A stretch of 64,000 nucleotides of DNA, taken from assembly GCA_052327205.1 (NCBI GenBank), contig CM126220.1, positions 29,450,001-29,514,000 on the forward strand, written 5' to 3'. Below, piece after piece: positions 13,151-26,692 of this stretch. The notes below the pieces were generated by a model. It made no database searches and had not been told where the DNA came from. It saw only the letters and a program-made list of their open reading frames with translations. Position 1 is the stretch's first letter. Each line of letters begins with the position of its first letter. A program made the position numbers and the translations under genes. Source of the DNA: Somniosus microcephalus. Taxonomy: Eukaryota.

Positions 13151-15750
13151 CCTCAGCAGTGGAGATAAGTTAATGTTTTGGGTGTAAACTCTTCGCCAGT
13201 TCTGAAGGAGGACCTGAAACGTTAACCACTTCTTTTCTTTTTACAGGTACTGGTGGACCTGTTCTGTATTTCCACCATTTTCTTTTTGTTTTGGTCTTTT
13301 TAGCTCCACCTTTTATGTAGTTATGTTTACTTGATGCAGTTCTCCGAGTGAAATAAATCTAAATGTGTTTTAAATCTTAAATGGACAGGCACTGCTTTGG
13401 TACTAGCTCTACCCATCTAGTTTATTCAACAAAAGTAAGGATTAATGAACTCAGGGCTCCAGCTCCCCACCAGTTTGTTTCTAAAATCAAATTTGGGAAT
13501 ATGCTTTCAAATGCTGGCTATCTGAAAAAAGACATGGGAGTAATTAGAAGTATATCCTGTATAAAAATGTAGTTGCTTTTTAATCAGCGCTTGCATCCCC
13601 AATTGTACGCAACAACAGGGTGCAGGAATCAACTAGTTTATGGAGGAGAAGAAGTGCTTTCTGTGAGTTATGACATTTTCCCTTTTCTGTGCTCTCTCTG
13701 GCACATTTCATATGTTGGCTCCCTGGCTCCTCCCAGCATCACTCTTGAGGTGGCTGCTGAGTGACGCATGAGATCCTGCCTCTGCCTCTCTCTGGCTGTG
13801 TGGGGGCAACTGATTATCACCCTGAAGAGATTTCTAGGCAATAAACTAGTCTCACAACACTGTATACTTACACCAAGTGTGTGAGCGTTTATATGTTCAA
13901 CCTCGGAACTAAAACTCATTTAGTAATTAGTCATTTAGATTTGGAGTACTGGGCTATACTATAAAAGCCATTGTCTTTTAAAATGTGTTATCTTTATATT
14001 CCCTGTATTTTGCTCATGACTGAGATAACGTTTCCCAACTGCTATAAACTTTAGCACCTCTTAATCAACTTGGCAACCCTGAACAATAATTTTGAAATGT
14101 GATCGGACAAGGTAACAGACCCCTCTGCACAAGGCAGATTTGAATAACCTATGTCTCAGGACATTGAGTTTTGATGTCACTTAGATCAACTGCCCTGCAG
14201 TCCTATTATCATGCACACACTCAGTCAGTAGAGCTCTCATTCACTGACCTCTTTCTCTCTCTCACAAGCACACAAGAAAAGCTCATTCTTCCTTGTCTCA
14301 TTGTCAATCTTTCAATTATCTTCCTCTCACTAACTTCAACTATATCTCGCTCTGACCTGCTCCTTTCTCATTCATATTTTCTCCACCTTTCTCTCTGCCT
14401 CTGTTTTTTTTGCTGTCTCCTTTTTCTATTTTTCACCATCTTATTCAACAGCCTGCCACTCTCGCACAGTATCATTCTCTGTCGTCCCTTTGCTCTCACC
14501 TTCCACTGTGTCTCCTTACCCTTGTTCTCACCACTCTGAAGTATTTTAAATGTTTACTCCTGACAGCAGGCTGGCATGCCTGTTGGTATTACCACCAATA
14601 GAGGGAGCCCACGTATAATAAAGCTGGCAGTTGAGATATATTATTGATTTCTTCCTCCTCCTCCTGATGAGCAATCTGCCAATTTCAGGCAAGTCACAAA
14701 TATAAATGAGCTGAACAATAACCAGTGGAGCCCTCAGGTACCGAACCTCTATTTAATTTTTACAAAAAAATTATTAAGAGTGTAAGTTTGCAATGCCGGG
14801 AGCTCAAATCCTATCATCATCAAAACCTTTAAAAAGGATAATCTCATCCCATAAATTTGTGTGTGTTATTTATCTAGAGTGACGCCTTTCCTGTCTTACA
14901 GATGAAGATTTTATTTATGTGATCCTTTCTGATAGAAACCAAGGAATTATTTATTTCCCTTGCACGCCCATCCCTCCTACATTTGTGCTCCATTTTGTAG
15001 TTCTGTTTATTAATATACGATTCCCTTCTACTGCAGTGAATGTGACTGTGACTCTTCAACATTTACATTACTCCCCCTGTATCTGGAATACGGGAACAAT
15101 TGTACCTTTCTCTGTAAGACAGCTGAAATTAATGAAATAATGATCGTGTGTTTTTTTTTCACTTCTTCCTCCCAAATATTTTTCCTTCTCTACTGTTGAG
15201 GACATTGACTCCTTAACTGGGGTCTAGTTCCATGGGTGCCTTACCCAATGTGATGCTTCTTTGTCATAGTCTAGACAGTGAGTGTTGGAAGGCTATTTGA
15301 CTATTAGGGCTACCATAGATGACCTCAATCCTATCCTCATCCAATCTCCACGCACATACACTTTTCAGCAAGAGTCACTGGATAATGATTAGAAGCAGAA
15401 GTCCTGATTGATTTTTCCCCTCCCAGCCCATAGGCACAGGGGCTAATTATAGAACCCCTAACTGCTGCCTGAACGAACTCCGTACAGACCAGGAAGTGGA
15501 CCTTCAGCTCTACACGGATCAGTCAGACTCGGTGCTTTTGCCCTCATAAACCATCGGTGAAGCTACTTTGAGATTTTAAAATTAGGAAATTACTGTGTGT
15601 TCCTCACTCCGATGATCATCCAAGATAGTGATGCTGATTGATAAAGGCTCTGTCAGCTCCAGAAACCTAGGTGCTTAAGGCTGACTTGGGAGACCATTCT
15701 CATAGTAAAAGCCCTTTCCACAATAGCAACAGTAAAATGGTAGAGGCTTT

Positions 15751-16573
15751 GGGCTGGATTTTACCTGCCGAGACGAGTTGGGGGGGCGGGACCGCTGCCT
15801 TCCAGGTTCTAGTCCCGCCCCCAGCGGCGTCCGACGCACAGACGCTATTTTCCCCTGATTGGCATTGTTAAGCCCGCCCTGCGGGCTTGCTGGCCAATTA
15901 AGGGAAAGCTGGTGTCAGTTGCTGACGCTTCATCTGCCGGTTTTCTTAAAGGGACATGAGCCATTTATTTTTGACAGTGTTTGACAGCATTGAGGTGCTG
16001 TGAAACACTGACAATCACTGTACAAAGGTGAGCCCTTGCACCCAGGTTCTCTAATTACTCTCTCCTTAGGATAAAATAGATGGCAGCTGCAGGTGAGGGT
16101 ACAGAAGCGATCTGTCACTTCTCCCAATGAGGTGAGGCCCCCCAAACACTTCAAAGCTTGTCACCTACAGAAAAATCTGAAGACATTAAAAATGACTTTC
16201 CCAACATTTCCTTACTTCTGATACTCACCAGTGTCCCATTGCATCCTTCACACCACTTCTGCAGCTGTCATCTATACACAAACATTACAACAGACCCACA
16301 TCGCTCCTCACTTACCCTGGCAGAGTTCCCCGACATTGGGAAGCCCACAGCAGAAGTGTCAAAATGGGAAAAAGCCTCTTAACTGCCTGTTAACTACCTG
16401 TTAACAGGCAGTTAAGTGGCTAATATCCTCTTCCCGCCGCTTGGAGTCAGGTCCCTGTGCAAATCGGATACCCGACTCCTGGAAAGATTGGTGGGTGCGG
16501 GTTCGGGACCCGCTCCCATTCTTTTTGATTTTCCCAGCAGTCCCGCCTCCTCAGGGCTGGCAAAATCCAGCCC
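15751..16573. mobile_element. Non-autonomous PIF/Harbinger-type element (family A, copy 1)
   Basis: TIRs gggctggatttt / aaaatccagccc with 3-bp TTT duplication; homologous to 31611-32417 and 48885-49748, which are in the opposite orientation. Confidence 0.75.
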
Positions 16574-17325
16574 TTTCTCTTTCGGAGAGGACATCATCCA
16601 AGAATTGGGCCACATGCCCAATGGCCAGAAAAGAGTCCATCGAACGAATGGCAAAGACCAAATAGCAATCCAGCATCTCAAGCACTACAGCTCCACCTCC
16701 CCCATACCCCCATGGAAACCCTTGTCCTCAGCACTGGATATAGTTATCATGTGTTTTCACTGGATAATTGAGATTCTGACTGGACACAGTAGAAAGCATC
16801 AGCAGTGTCCAAATCACGTCAAAATAATAAAAGTAAAGGCTAGTTTGGTATTTATGTTTTCTGCTGGATGTTACCAGCGCATTCTACATATTCAAAACAG
16901 GGTAAAGACAGTTTGTAGCAGAACACTTTCAGAATCCTTTGTTGCTGTTCTATAACAATCCAAAGGCAATACTGTCTGAGTAAGGTGATGTTAAACAGTG
17001 CCACGTCATGAACACCTGCCATGTTTTACCACCTGATGCTCTAGTTTCCGCCAAGACTCTGACTGCCACAGCACACCTGCAGTCAACCGAGCTGCACATA
17101 CTCTTGAGCCTGAGGCAATCAAGGGCATCAGGACTGTGGCCTGTTAGGTGACACAAAGCAAATACAGAAGGCAGATACTCAACTTTTTGGGGGCCTGGCA
17201 AGAAATGCAATTTAATGTTAGGCTTACACCATCACAAATGCAAATACCTCTCATGTTGGGTCATGTAACAGCATAATTTAAAGGCAATTTTCAATATCTC
17301 GCTGGTCCATCTACCCCTTATACAC

Positions 17326-17512
17326 CGGGAGTGAAATTAGACATGGACGGAGACGCAAAACAGGGGGTATCGCATCGGTTGCCCGTTACACGCTCCGCCT
17401 AACATTCCGTTTCATTGTCTTCAATATAATTGATTATCGGGACTGTCCTATAATGGTTGTCAAAAGTGGCGTCGCCTATTTTGCGCCTGGCACATGTCCA
17501 ATTTTACCCCCC
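17326..17512. mobile_element. Short MITE
   Basis: Imperfect TIRs ggagtgaaattagacatg / catgtccaattttacccc. Confidence 0.55.
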
Positions 17513-17599
17513 ACCATCTTTAAAAAAAATTCCTCCTCTAGAAATTAATATTTAATTTTTGAATTAAACTCGCTAAAGCTCTGAATTAGGTTGCTTTAG

Positions 17600-18520
17600 C
17601 ACAATGCAGGAAGAGATGGAATTCAATTGGAAATGGGAAACACTGAAGGAAAGTGCTTCCGTCGCCATTCTTGGCCGTCACACTTCTGTTGAAAACAGCA
17701 CCCGAGTTTATTGCTAGCGTCAGTATTTGAACAAATCAATGGGCAAGTGATATACTGCTGAGCCTTGGTGAACAGGATATCGATGACCTGCTTAATACAG
17801 CTTTGTACTGTAGACTGAGAGATGCGGCTGAGATCTCTTGTAACAGACTGAAAGGAGCTAATGGCAAAGAAGTTAGAGGCTTTGGTGACTTTGGCAGCCA
17901 CTGGCAAAGAATGCCCCCCGCCCCCCCCGGTCTACCAGGCAGCAGGTCCTGTTGCACAGGTCTGCGATAGCCTGCCTGGAGAACGCAGCCTCTTGAGACA
18001 ATGACCAAGATACTGACTTTTGGCATGTACACGCTGTGTGCTGGGAATGGCCTTCTATGAGCAGCCCTCCTCACCTGCTGTCGTCTGATGCCCGCAGCTG
18101 GTGCTGGTTGCTGATGCGGCGGCTGCTGCTGCCCCTCTTCCTCCACGTGTTTCTCCATCTAAAAAAAAACTTGCTGTAATTGCACCCGCGACAAGCACAG
18201 AAAGCTTACGGAGGGCGATAAGGTCAGAAAAATAGCAGTCACGTCAGGTTTTACTGGCGGGCCAGGCACTGGGCATCACTGCTGCAATTATTAGTTAAAT
18301 GGCGTCTGGTCCTAATTGCATCATATAGGACCCTGATTTAAATTATTCCTGAAGCCCCCCACCTCCCTATGACGAGCATCTCTCCTAAATGGGAAAAAAA
18401 AATGAGACGGTTAAAATGGTGCAGCGGAAAGTGTGCTGCCACCGTTGTGACCATACGCCAGGCCCGGCCCGGCCCATTCCCACCGGGCCAGTTGGCTTTA
18501 AAGATTCTAAAATCACGTCA
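17600..18520 (-). mobile_element. Harbinger (HARBI1-like) transposase remnant
   Basis: Frameshifted RRPFPAHSVY...PVAAKVTKASNFFAISSFQ..DLSRISQSTVQSCIKQV..LF..AQQYI, typical of the Harbinger transposase N-terminal region. Boundaries approximate. Confidence 0.7.
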
Positions 18521-19322
18521 GTAAAACTATGTTCCAGGTTTCAGACTTGGTTACAGGTTGGTCTGGAACATGCTGCAGCTAATTCCATTTAGAGCCAAGC
18601 TGGGGTTTTCATAAATTTAAATTCAATAAATAACCCAATAAAAAAATAATCATTAGGTCATCTGGGGCAAGTCGCAAAATAAAAAGTCTCTTGAATGGCA
18701 ATGGATCCCCCTCATCCCATTCTTTTTGCACTGGCTTTGGATCTACCAAATGGGAGTTTGGTGGTAGAAGGGATGACAGTCAGATCAGGGGTCCAAGTGT
18801 CACTGAAACAGAGAGAGTGATGAGGAAGACATCTGTTTCTACACAGTAGTTCAATACTTTTTACTGTACTTTAAATGGAGAGTCAAAGGTTTATCCTTGC
18901 TGCCCTTTGGTTTAGGGCTCCGTGGACCAGGCACCATTCTCTGAGTGAGTTAGCTTGACTGATGACCTTCTCGCAAGCCTGCCCCAAACTTACTATTGGC
19001 ATGAGAGCCATCTGACTTGTTTTATTTCCCTCCTTCCTTGTGGGAAAGCAGCTGTTATTTTGGCAACTCCCTCCATGACATGGCAGAATTGGGAACTGGT
19101 CCTCAGGGTGAGATTGCGATGCTGACTCCATTCTGTGACGTAACGTATTGGTCATCCAACTCTCTGCACTGCCAATTGGCCATCGTTAACTTGCAATCTT
19201 CTCTTGTTCATGTGAGCCGATGTTCTCTTATTGTATTCTGAAGGTTGCTACCAGTGAGGTTACATGATACTTCAGCTTCCTCCGTTATTCAGCATTGAAA
19301 ATCAGGGTTTACATAGTGACAT

Positions 19323-19830
19323 GAGGGTAGATTTTGCCCCTGCGGTATCGGGGAGTGAGCCAGCCGGCCACCCGATATTGCCAGCAGGAGGCTTGGTCCT
19401 TTCTGAGGGCCAGGCCTCAACACGTGGCCTACGCAAACAAGTGCCCTTGATCATCCCACCGGCTCCAGGCCTGGACAAAGATAGCTCCAGGGGTGGAGGG
19501 GGAGGGAAGAGAACCTGGTGTGGCAGTGGCCTTGGTTGTTCTTTTGGAGTCCAGAGGAGCGCTCCTGCCCCTCCCAACCCCACAAAAATAAATAAACCAC
19601 GTTCCTGTCTCCTCGTTGGCTGAACCGCCAGCTGAAACTGTACAGAGCGTGCACCGCCTATGCACTGCCCAGTTGAGTCCTAAAATGCCGATTTGCACGT
19701 TAGAAGGACCCGCTGCCTGACTCAGGTGGGCACTCCGGCCACAGAAATGGGGATGGTATTGCGTACCCTACCATTTTTGGGGTAATACTACTCTGTTTCC
19801 ATCAGGCAGGAGGCAACAGAATCTCCCCCA
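19323..19830. mobile_element. Harbinger-like MITE
   Basis: gggtagattttg / aatctccccc termini, GC-rich interior. Confidence 0.45.
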
Positions 19831-19863
19831 TAGTAACAGATTCAGTCTGGTAGAAGAACTTTA

Positions 19864-20565
19864 GGGGGAAAAATTGAGTCGCGCCACCTTTGGGGTGCTA
19901 ACTTCGCCGGGGCGCCACTTTTAGTGCCCTGAAAAAATTAGCACCCCCGCGGCTGAAATTAATCGGTAGCACCCCAAGAGGAAAGCGGGACACTACTGGA
20001 AGTACCCCGCCTCCCTCTTGGGGCAAGGCGAGGGGATATCGCGACGCTACATGCCGCAGCGCCATGGTACTGCAGGCCTTCCTCCCCTTCTTAAACGGGA
20101 GGGGCCTTGCGCAGCGTGACCCAGGGGATCGGAGTGCCGGCAAAAGAGCCCGGCACGCAAGAAGTGCCGGGCTCACGGAGCGCAGCCGGCATCCCACGGG
20201 GTGGGGGGGGGGGTGCTGAAGAGGAGATCGGGAACAGCAACGTTGGCAGGCGGCCAACAACAAAAATGGCCGCCTGGCACCTCGCCTTTAATTAGTGCCG
20301 CCCTGGCCGCAGGTAGGATCCCCCTGACCCCGTCGGACATGGCATCTGGCGGTAAGTCAGGGGGCGCTACCGAAGATTGCGGCCGGGGTGCTGCACACGG
20401 CGATGACATCATAGCCAGCGCCGCGGGGCGCTAATGTTTACCGCCACCGCTAATCTCCCGCTGAATTTCGCGGGAGGTGTTGGTGGCGCCACGCCCGGGC
20501 ACTAGTTGCTTTGCGCCCCATTAGCGCCCTCTTAGGAAGGCGCAAAGTAACCGAAACTTTTCCCC
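19864..20565. mobile_element. GC-rich Harbinger-like MITE
   Basis: TIRs gggggaaaaatt / aacttttcccc flanked by TTA...TTA 3-bp duplication. Confidence 0.7.
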
Positions 20566-21260
20566 TTAGTCTAGCCCATTTATCCACCGTGTTCCCTTGG
20601 TACATTTCTAATAACTCTAAATCCCATTTGTTGTCAATAACCTGTCTAGTTCCTTCTTTAAACCCATTAGGGTGTCTTGTTCCAATCACCCATACCGGTA
20701 ATCTATTCCACATACTTGCCATCCTTTCAGTATTAAAAATAACGTTCCTCCTTCACTTCCTATTTTCTTTCGTTGTCCATAATCTGTAAATATATGACCT
20801 CTTGTGCTTAAATTCTGTAAAGAGCAGAAAAGCCTACTTGGATTCATTTTGTCCAAATCTTTCATAATGTTAAACACTTCTGTCACATCCCTCTCGGGAG
20901 AGAAAAGAACCAGAGTGGTCAATCTTTTCTCATACGTTATTCCCTTAAATTCTGAGATCAACCATGTAGCCCTCTCTGTACCCTTCCAATAATTGAATAT
21001 CTTTTTGAAATAGGGAGACCAAAACTGCATGCAGTACTCCAGATGTGGTCTCACCAGGGCCAAATACAGTTTTAAAATGACCTCTCTGGATTTATATGTT
21101 TAACCCCTTGTTGTACATTTTGTTTGCTTTATTAACAGCCTGGGAACAGTGTGCTGAACATTTTAGTGACTTGTCCACTGAAACACCAAAATCTCTCTCC
21201 TGCTCCGATACCTCAAGTACATTCCCATTCAGTACATAATCCACATCGCCCTTCCCCCTG
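20566..21260 (-). mobile_element. CR1 LINE 3' fragment
   Basis: ALVRPHLEYCMQFWSP...YEKRL..LFS peptide. Confidence 0.85.
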
Positions 21261-21317
21261 ACATGTCATTTTCTCTCGTGTTATTTTGTTTACACTTTTC
21301 TCTTATTTTTTGCACAG

Positions 21318-21447
21318 CTCCATCAAGTCCTCGTTCAGCTTCAGACTGGAGAGAAAGAACAAGATTTTTCTTCTGCGCCTATTCAGGTGTCCATAAGCGT
21401 GCAGCTCTGGCGGCTCCCTGGATGTCATGAGTTCCTGGCAGCATTAG
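21318..21447 (+). CDS. TTC28: TTC28 coding exon (LHQVLVQLQTGEKEQDF...CHEFLAAL-G)
   Basis: cag|CTC acceptor, G|gtatga donor, 130 nt (phase 0 to 1). Confidence 0.92.
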
Positions 21448-21707
21448 GTATGATGCAGTTCATGCAAAAGAGTACTTGGTAGTTAACCATTTTACAGAGA
21501 TTTGCCTAACTTATTCCCTCAGTTTCCAATCATTCTCGGCCTCTTTCTCTGATTTCCTGCCATCTGATGCCCCCTGTGGCCCGTTGAAGCTCTTTTCTTC
21601 CCCCAACTCCTCATCCATCCCAAAGGTGAACCCTTCAAGCTTAATTTTTTTGAGTCTAATGTTGAAGTAATTGTGCTCTAATCATCCCCTGGCTCAATCG
21701 GTAAAGT

Positions 21708-22222
21708 CTTCTCTTCTTCTCTCTTAGGCAGTCCCTCGGAACCGAGGATGACTTGCTTCCACATTAAAAATGAATTCGCAGGTGACTGATGAGTCCAATG
21801 AGGGACCGACAGTCTCTGTCACAGGTGGGGCAGACGGTGGTTGAAGGAGCGGGTGGGTGGGGTGCTTAGGTTGACGTGTGCTCCTTGCGCTGCCTGCGCT
21901 TGGCTTCCGCTTGCTCCTGGCGAAGAGACTCGAGGTGTTCGGCGCCTTCCCGGATGCTTCTCCTCCACTTTGTGCGGTCTTGGGCCAGGGATTCCCAGGT
22001 GTCGGTGGGGATGTTACACTTTTTCCAAGGAGGCTTTGAGGGTGTCCTTGAAGCATTTCCTCTGCCCACCTGGGGCTCTCTTGCCGTGCCGGAGCTCCGA
22101 GTAGAGCGCTTGTTTTGGGAGTCTCGTATCGGGCATGCGGACAATGTGACCCGTCCATTGGAGCTGATCGAGCGTGGTCAAAGCTTCGATGCTGGGGATG
22201 TTGGCCTGAGCAAGAACACCGA
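21708..22222 (-). mobile_element. RTE LINE 3' fragment inserted into a tRNA-derived SINE
   Basis: QANIPSIEAL...LQWTGHIVRMPDTRLPKQALYSEL..GKRAPGGQRK peptide, purine-rich (GAA/GA)n tail, cggtaaagt duplicated at 21699-21707 and 22223-22231. Confidence 0.85.
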
Positions 22223-23633
22223 CGGTAAAGTAAAGTGATACTGTGCCATACAAATCCCTTAGGTTCCAGGTTCAAACCCCTGCCTGTGCTGAGTCAGCTG
22301 ATCACAACAAGAGCAGCAGTTGAGGTCCTACAATTGGCCCCCGTGCCTTAAACTGGTGAGTGGGGGGGGAAAAAATCAGCTTTCCAGCAACATGGCTAAG
22401 GACACGATTGGGCTTGGCAGTGATGCTGCCCATGATATAATGGCCTGCCAACACATTCTGCCACATTTTCAGCAGCGCAAAGGAGAAAATTAGAAAGGAA
22501 GATATATCAAAGATACATTAATTTAATCCATCTTGCCATGCAGTGAATAACTTTTTAAAAACATTTTCATTCCTGAAATGACAACAGTACTCGTTCTAAT
22601 GATAGAGTCATGTCAGAGAGTGTCTGGGGTTTAAAATGGAATATTTTAACTTTTTCTTTTTAAAGAGAAAATGAAATTAATTGCTTTAAATAGACATCAA
22701 AATGACACTCACTGCCTCTTTAATTCAGAGAAAGATGTGGAAAGTTTAAAATTCTTTCACCATTTCAAAATTGCCTTTTAAATGAGCGAGTGACTAGCAG
22801 TCAGGCCTGGTTGATTACTCCTCTGTTCTAAATCATTAGAACCATTATGTTAAAGTGACTTTGAAAAAATTATCTTCTGTGCAGTCACCTTCCTGGGAGC
22901 AGGGCATTTATACGGTTTAATTTGCTGTGCTTTAGAATGCATTGTATCGGAATATCGTTCTGCAGAAAAATCCAAATTCACAAGAAAGTTATTTGAATAG
23001 ATCCTTTCTAAACAAACTTATCAGATCCCAAATCACTCCCGACAGGTCAGGAAATTGCTTTTGTCATCCTTCACTTTACTTCGCTGACACATTTTCCTCT
23101 TATCAGTGACACGAGCAAAGGCTGGTTAACAGTCAGATTTCCGGGGTGGGCTCCTGAATCTAAATTAGGACCACATTATATGTTTCTCCCTTTGGTTTGA
23201 GTGCTGTGCAGGTTGTAGCAGTAATAAATAAATGAAAGCTTGATGTTTTAAGGAGAGGAAAAAAAATTACAAATTTCCAGTTTGATATAGTGATGACAGG
23301 TTATCATCCTCATTATGGAACCTTAGCTTCATTTACTTTTAGGAGGAGAACAATTAAATCAATGCGAGTTGATTGATTACTACATCTTTAATGTCTCCGA
23401 GTCCTAGTGTTGTTGCAGTTAATGGGCTGTTGGTCTCAGCCCTGCCTAAAGAATCTGGCAGCCATACATTTATTTGCTCTCCCCTTTCGTCCTTTCCTCT
23501 CTCCTTTTCTTCTCCTGCAGGCACTGACTCTTGCTACGTGTTACAAATTCGGGTCTTCCGCAGATACTTTCTCGAGTTTGATTCCAGAGTTGCTTTTTCA
23601 CTGACCAATATCACAGTCACACAGTGCAGCCTT

Positions 23634-24005
23634 TCGGTAGCACGGTGGCATAGTGGTTAGCACTGTTGCCTCACAGCGCCAGGGACCCGGGTTCAAATCC
23701 GGCCTCGGGTGACTGTCTGTGTGGAGTTTGCACATTCTCCCCGTGTTTGCGTGGGTTTTCTCCGGGTGCTCCGGTTTCCTCCCACAGTCCAAAGATGTGC
23801 GGGTTAGGTTGATTGGCCATGATTAAAATTGACCCTTAGTGTTAGGGGGGATTAAATACGTGGGGTTATAGGGCTTGGGTGGGATGGCTGTCGGTGTAGG
23901 GACCGGGTGCTAGGGTTTGGATGATCAGCCATGATCTCGTTGAATGGCGGAGCAGGCTCGAAGGGCCGAATGGCCTACTCCTGCTCCTATCTTCTATGTT
24001 TCTGT
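23634..24005 (+). mobile_element. HE1-like V-SINE (tRNA head, V domain, CR1 tail)
   Basis: A box tggcatagtgg, B box ggttcaaatcc, tgtggagtttgcacattctcccc V domain, CR1 3' tail. Confidence 0.85.
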
Positions 24006-26330
24006 GAGAGAACATGCTCGTGTGAAGCACTGTGTTAGTGTGGAGGCTTTCTTTCATCACCAAATTTCACCAGAATAATCAACAAGTTTGTTCACAAGAT
24101 GACTCTCGCCCCCATGTTCTGTGCTGTTGTATTACAGAGGAACTCAAGAAAAGCCCATTCATCCCCGGAGTACACTGATGCTCCCATTATAGCATCCACC
24201 CCCAGTTCAACATCCGCATTGCTTTCGGCTCTACTCGCGTGCCTGGCACATTATACATTTATCATTCTTTGGTAAAGAAGTTCTTCATAATATCTATTTT
24301 AAATTTAATCTTCACTAATTTCCATTTTGTCCTCTGGTCCTACTTTCCTGGTTTATTTTCAAATAATATTCTGGGTTTACCTTATCTATATCATTTGATA
24401 TACCTCAATTAGGTCGCCTTAACTGTGCTCCTTTCCAAACTGCAGTGATTGAGTTTTTCAATTCTTTCCTTAAAAGTTTAATATCTCTTCACACACTGTG
24501 CCATTCATCTCCCAGTAAACAAAGCCCCAGCTGCAACAAAAACCCTTTTCATTTGTTTCACAGTTTCAATACAAATCAAATAATTTGCCTTATTTTCACC
24601 GGTCCTCTGTTTTCCACATTCTGTTTATTTTGTGGAGCGGGTAGGAGGGGCTGTTGTGGAGATGGTTGGAGATTACAGTACCTACAGGCTGAGTTACTGA
24701 TCTCCCTTGTGCTATTATGGGTACCACCAAGTAGAGCCCGGTCACTAGCCCCCTGCACTGTGGGGTCTGTTTTACTGACACAAACATTAGTGTACAGTGG
24801 CGTTTTTCTAACACACACCTGTGCAAATCACTATATTTTAGAAGCTGCGATACCCTTAGATTTTGCTGTGGATCACAATTGGGTATTGAGCCTTGGGGAA
24901 CCTGATTTCTTCTCTTGCTTGGAATTGTGTCCCGTAATCCATCAGTTAAACTGCTTACAAATGGTCTGAGAAGGAACAATTATGATTACATTTGAATGTT
25001 CTGAGTCAGAGATAAGCAAGATGTATTGTTAACCTTTTCGAAGAATTTGCCCAGTGGGTCCCAGTTGGATCATTTTCTGCCAGCCCTGTTCCCCTGGTTA
25101 CATTAACTGTCTACCACAGCCAATAGAAAGCTCCCCGCTTTTCCTCTTAACTATCTAGAATAAATGACAGGAAAAGTAAATAGATATTTGATTGCACCTC
25201 TTTGACTATTAAACAGCCGCTGCAGAAGCACCACGAAGAGCAAGTGTTCCGCAACAAATCTTTAAAGAATTCTATTCAGTAAAACGATTGTTTAAAATTT
25301 TGCAGGAAATATCAGCAATGGACACCTGGTTAGTTGGATGACTGCATTTTGAGAGTCATGGGTAATGTAGTGAATTACACAGTGATCTTTCACTTCTGGG
25401 ACTTGAATTCAAATCCAACCGAGAAAGATGGAATGGAGTTCTCTGTAAGGTAGCTGTCCTGTGAAAATGAGTTTGAGCAGCACCAAGCCAGGACCGAGTG
25501 GGCCAACAGTAAATTAGCAATCTCGCTGAGGGAGGCCACAGAATAGCCAGTGGAACATGCCATAGGGGGCGCTCTTCTGAGGCTGGGGCTGTTGCAACAC
25601 AGTACATGGGGCTTTACTCTGTATCTAACCTGCTGAACCTGACCTGGGATTCTGACACTGGGGGCCCTCCCAAACGGAAAGTGTTCCAGTTCCCATTATT
25701 GACATCACTCACCTTGATAAGTACAAACATTCACGCAACAAACAACTGCATTCAGACAGAAATATCACAATGTTGCATCTCTTGGTTCCCGGTGCCGATA
25801 TTCACACCAACCACTTACTATTGGCATTACTTATAGCAATTGGACTTTCTGGCCTTAAAAGGACAGGCCAATTTGAACACAACTCCGCCTTAGCAGCAGA
25901 ATAGTAAATCAAGCATTTAAATGGTGTAGTAATGCTGTCATTATAAAACAGTTTATCATCCCATTTACTGTGAGCAGCACCGATGGAGGCCTGCTAGTTT
26001 CTAATGTAAATTCGCCTTTTTGCCTTTTTTGTGTCACTCAGGCAAGTATTGGCCAAGGTTACCTATTTGAAGATTCCAGGGCAATGAATGGAATTGACAA
26101 ATTGTTCACTATGGTAAAAGGTTCAAATACTGGGGGGAAAGGTTAAAAATGAATAATTAGGAGAATGAAGAGAAGTTTGGTGGAAGATTTTCACCTGAAG
26201 GGCAATAGAGTTGCAGACTATATTAGGGAAAGCGATGGCAAAATACTGCAGATGCTGGAAATCTGAAATAACAACAGAAAACACTGGAAAAACTGAGCAG
26301 GCAAGGCAGCATCCGCGGAGAGAGAAACAG

Positions 26331-26367
26331 AGTCAACGTTTCAGGTCGAAGGCCCTTCATCAGAACT
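26331..26367 (-). ncRNA. Minimal hammerhead ribozyme motif
   Basis: agtt-CTGATGA-agggcc ttc gacct-GAAA-cgt-t-gact on the - strand. Confidence 0.65.
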
Positions 26368-26655
26368 AGAAAAAAGCAGGAAATGAAACAGATTAAAAAG
26401 CAGGTTTTAGGGGAAACAAAAGATGGGTCTAGATGAGGGGTGAATGCGCTAGCAGAATGAAAGACAGCTGCCATCTTTTGTTTCTTAACCTGCCCCATTA
26501 CCATCTCATCTCGCCTTGAATATCTCTTAATGTCTCTTTACTTCTTCTGCCTTCCATCCTATCACAGACCTTCCCTTTTGTTCTTTCATCCCCTCCCCCA
26601 TTTCCCAGCCCCTAAAACCTGCTTTTTAATCTGTTTCATTTCCTGCTTTTTTCTC

Positions 26656-26692
26656 AGTTCTGACGAAGGGTCTTCGACCTGAAACGTTAACT
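26656..26692 (+). ncRNA. Minimal hammerhead ribozyme motif
   Basis: agtt-CTGACGA-a-gggtc ttc gacct-GAAA-cgt-t-aact; palindromic ACGT at helix III. Confidence 0.7.

Noticed and set aside
13195-13230. Additional hammerhead-like remnants (also ~43440-43470)
   Set aside because: Core or helix II is disrupted, so they are not called as ribozymes.
19864-20565. CpG-island-like GC-rich block with several ORFs
   Set aside because: Bounded by TIRs and a TTA duplication, so it is a MITE rather than a promoter.
23634-23710. tRNA-like A and B boxes
   Set aside because: This is the head of a V-SINE that continues into the V domain and CR1 tail, not a tRNA gene.
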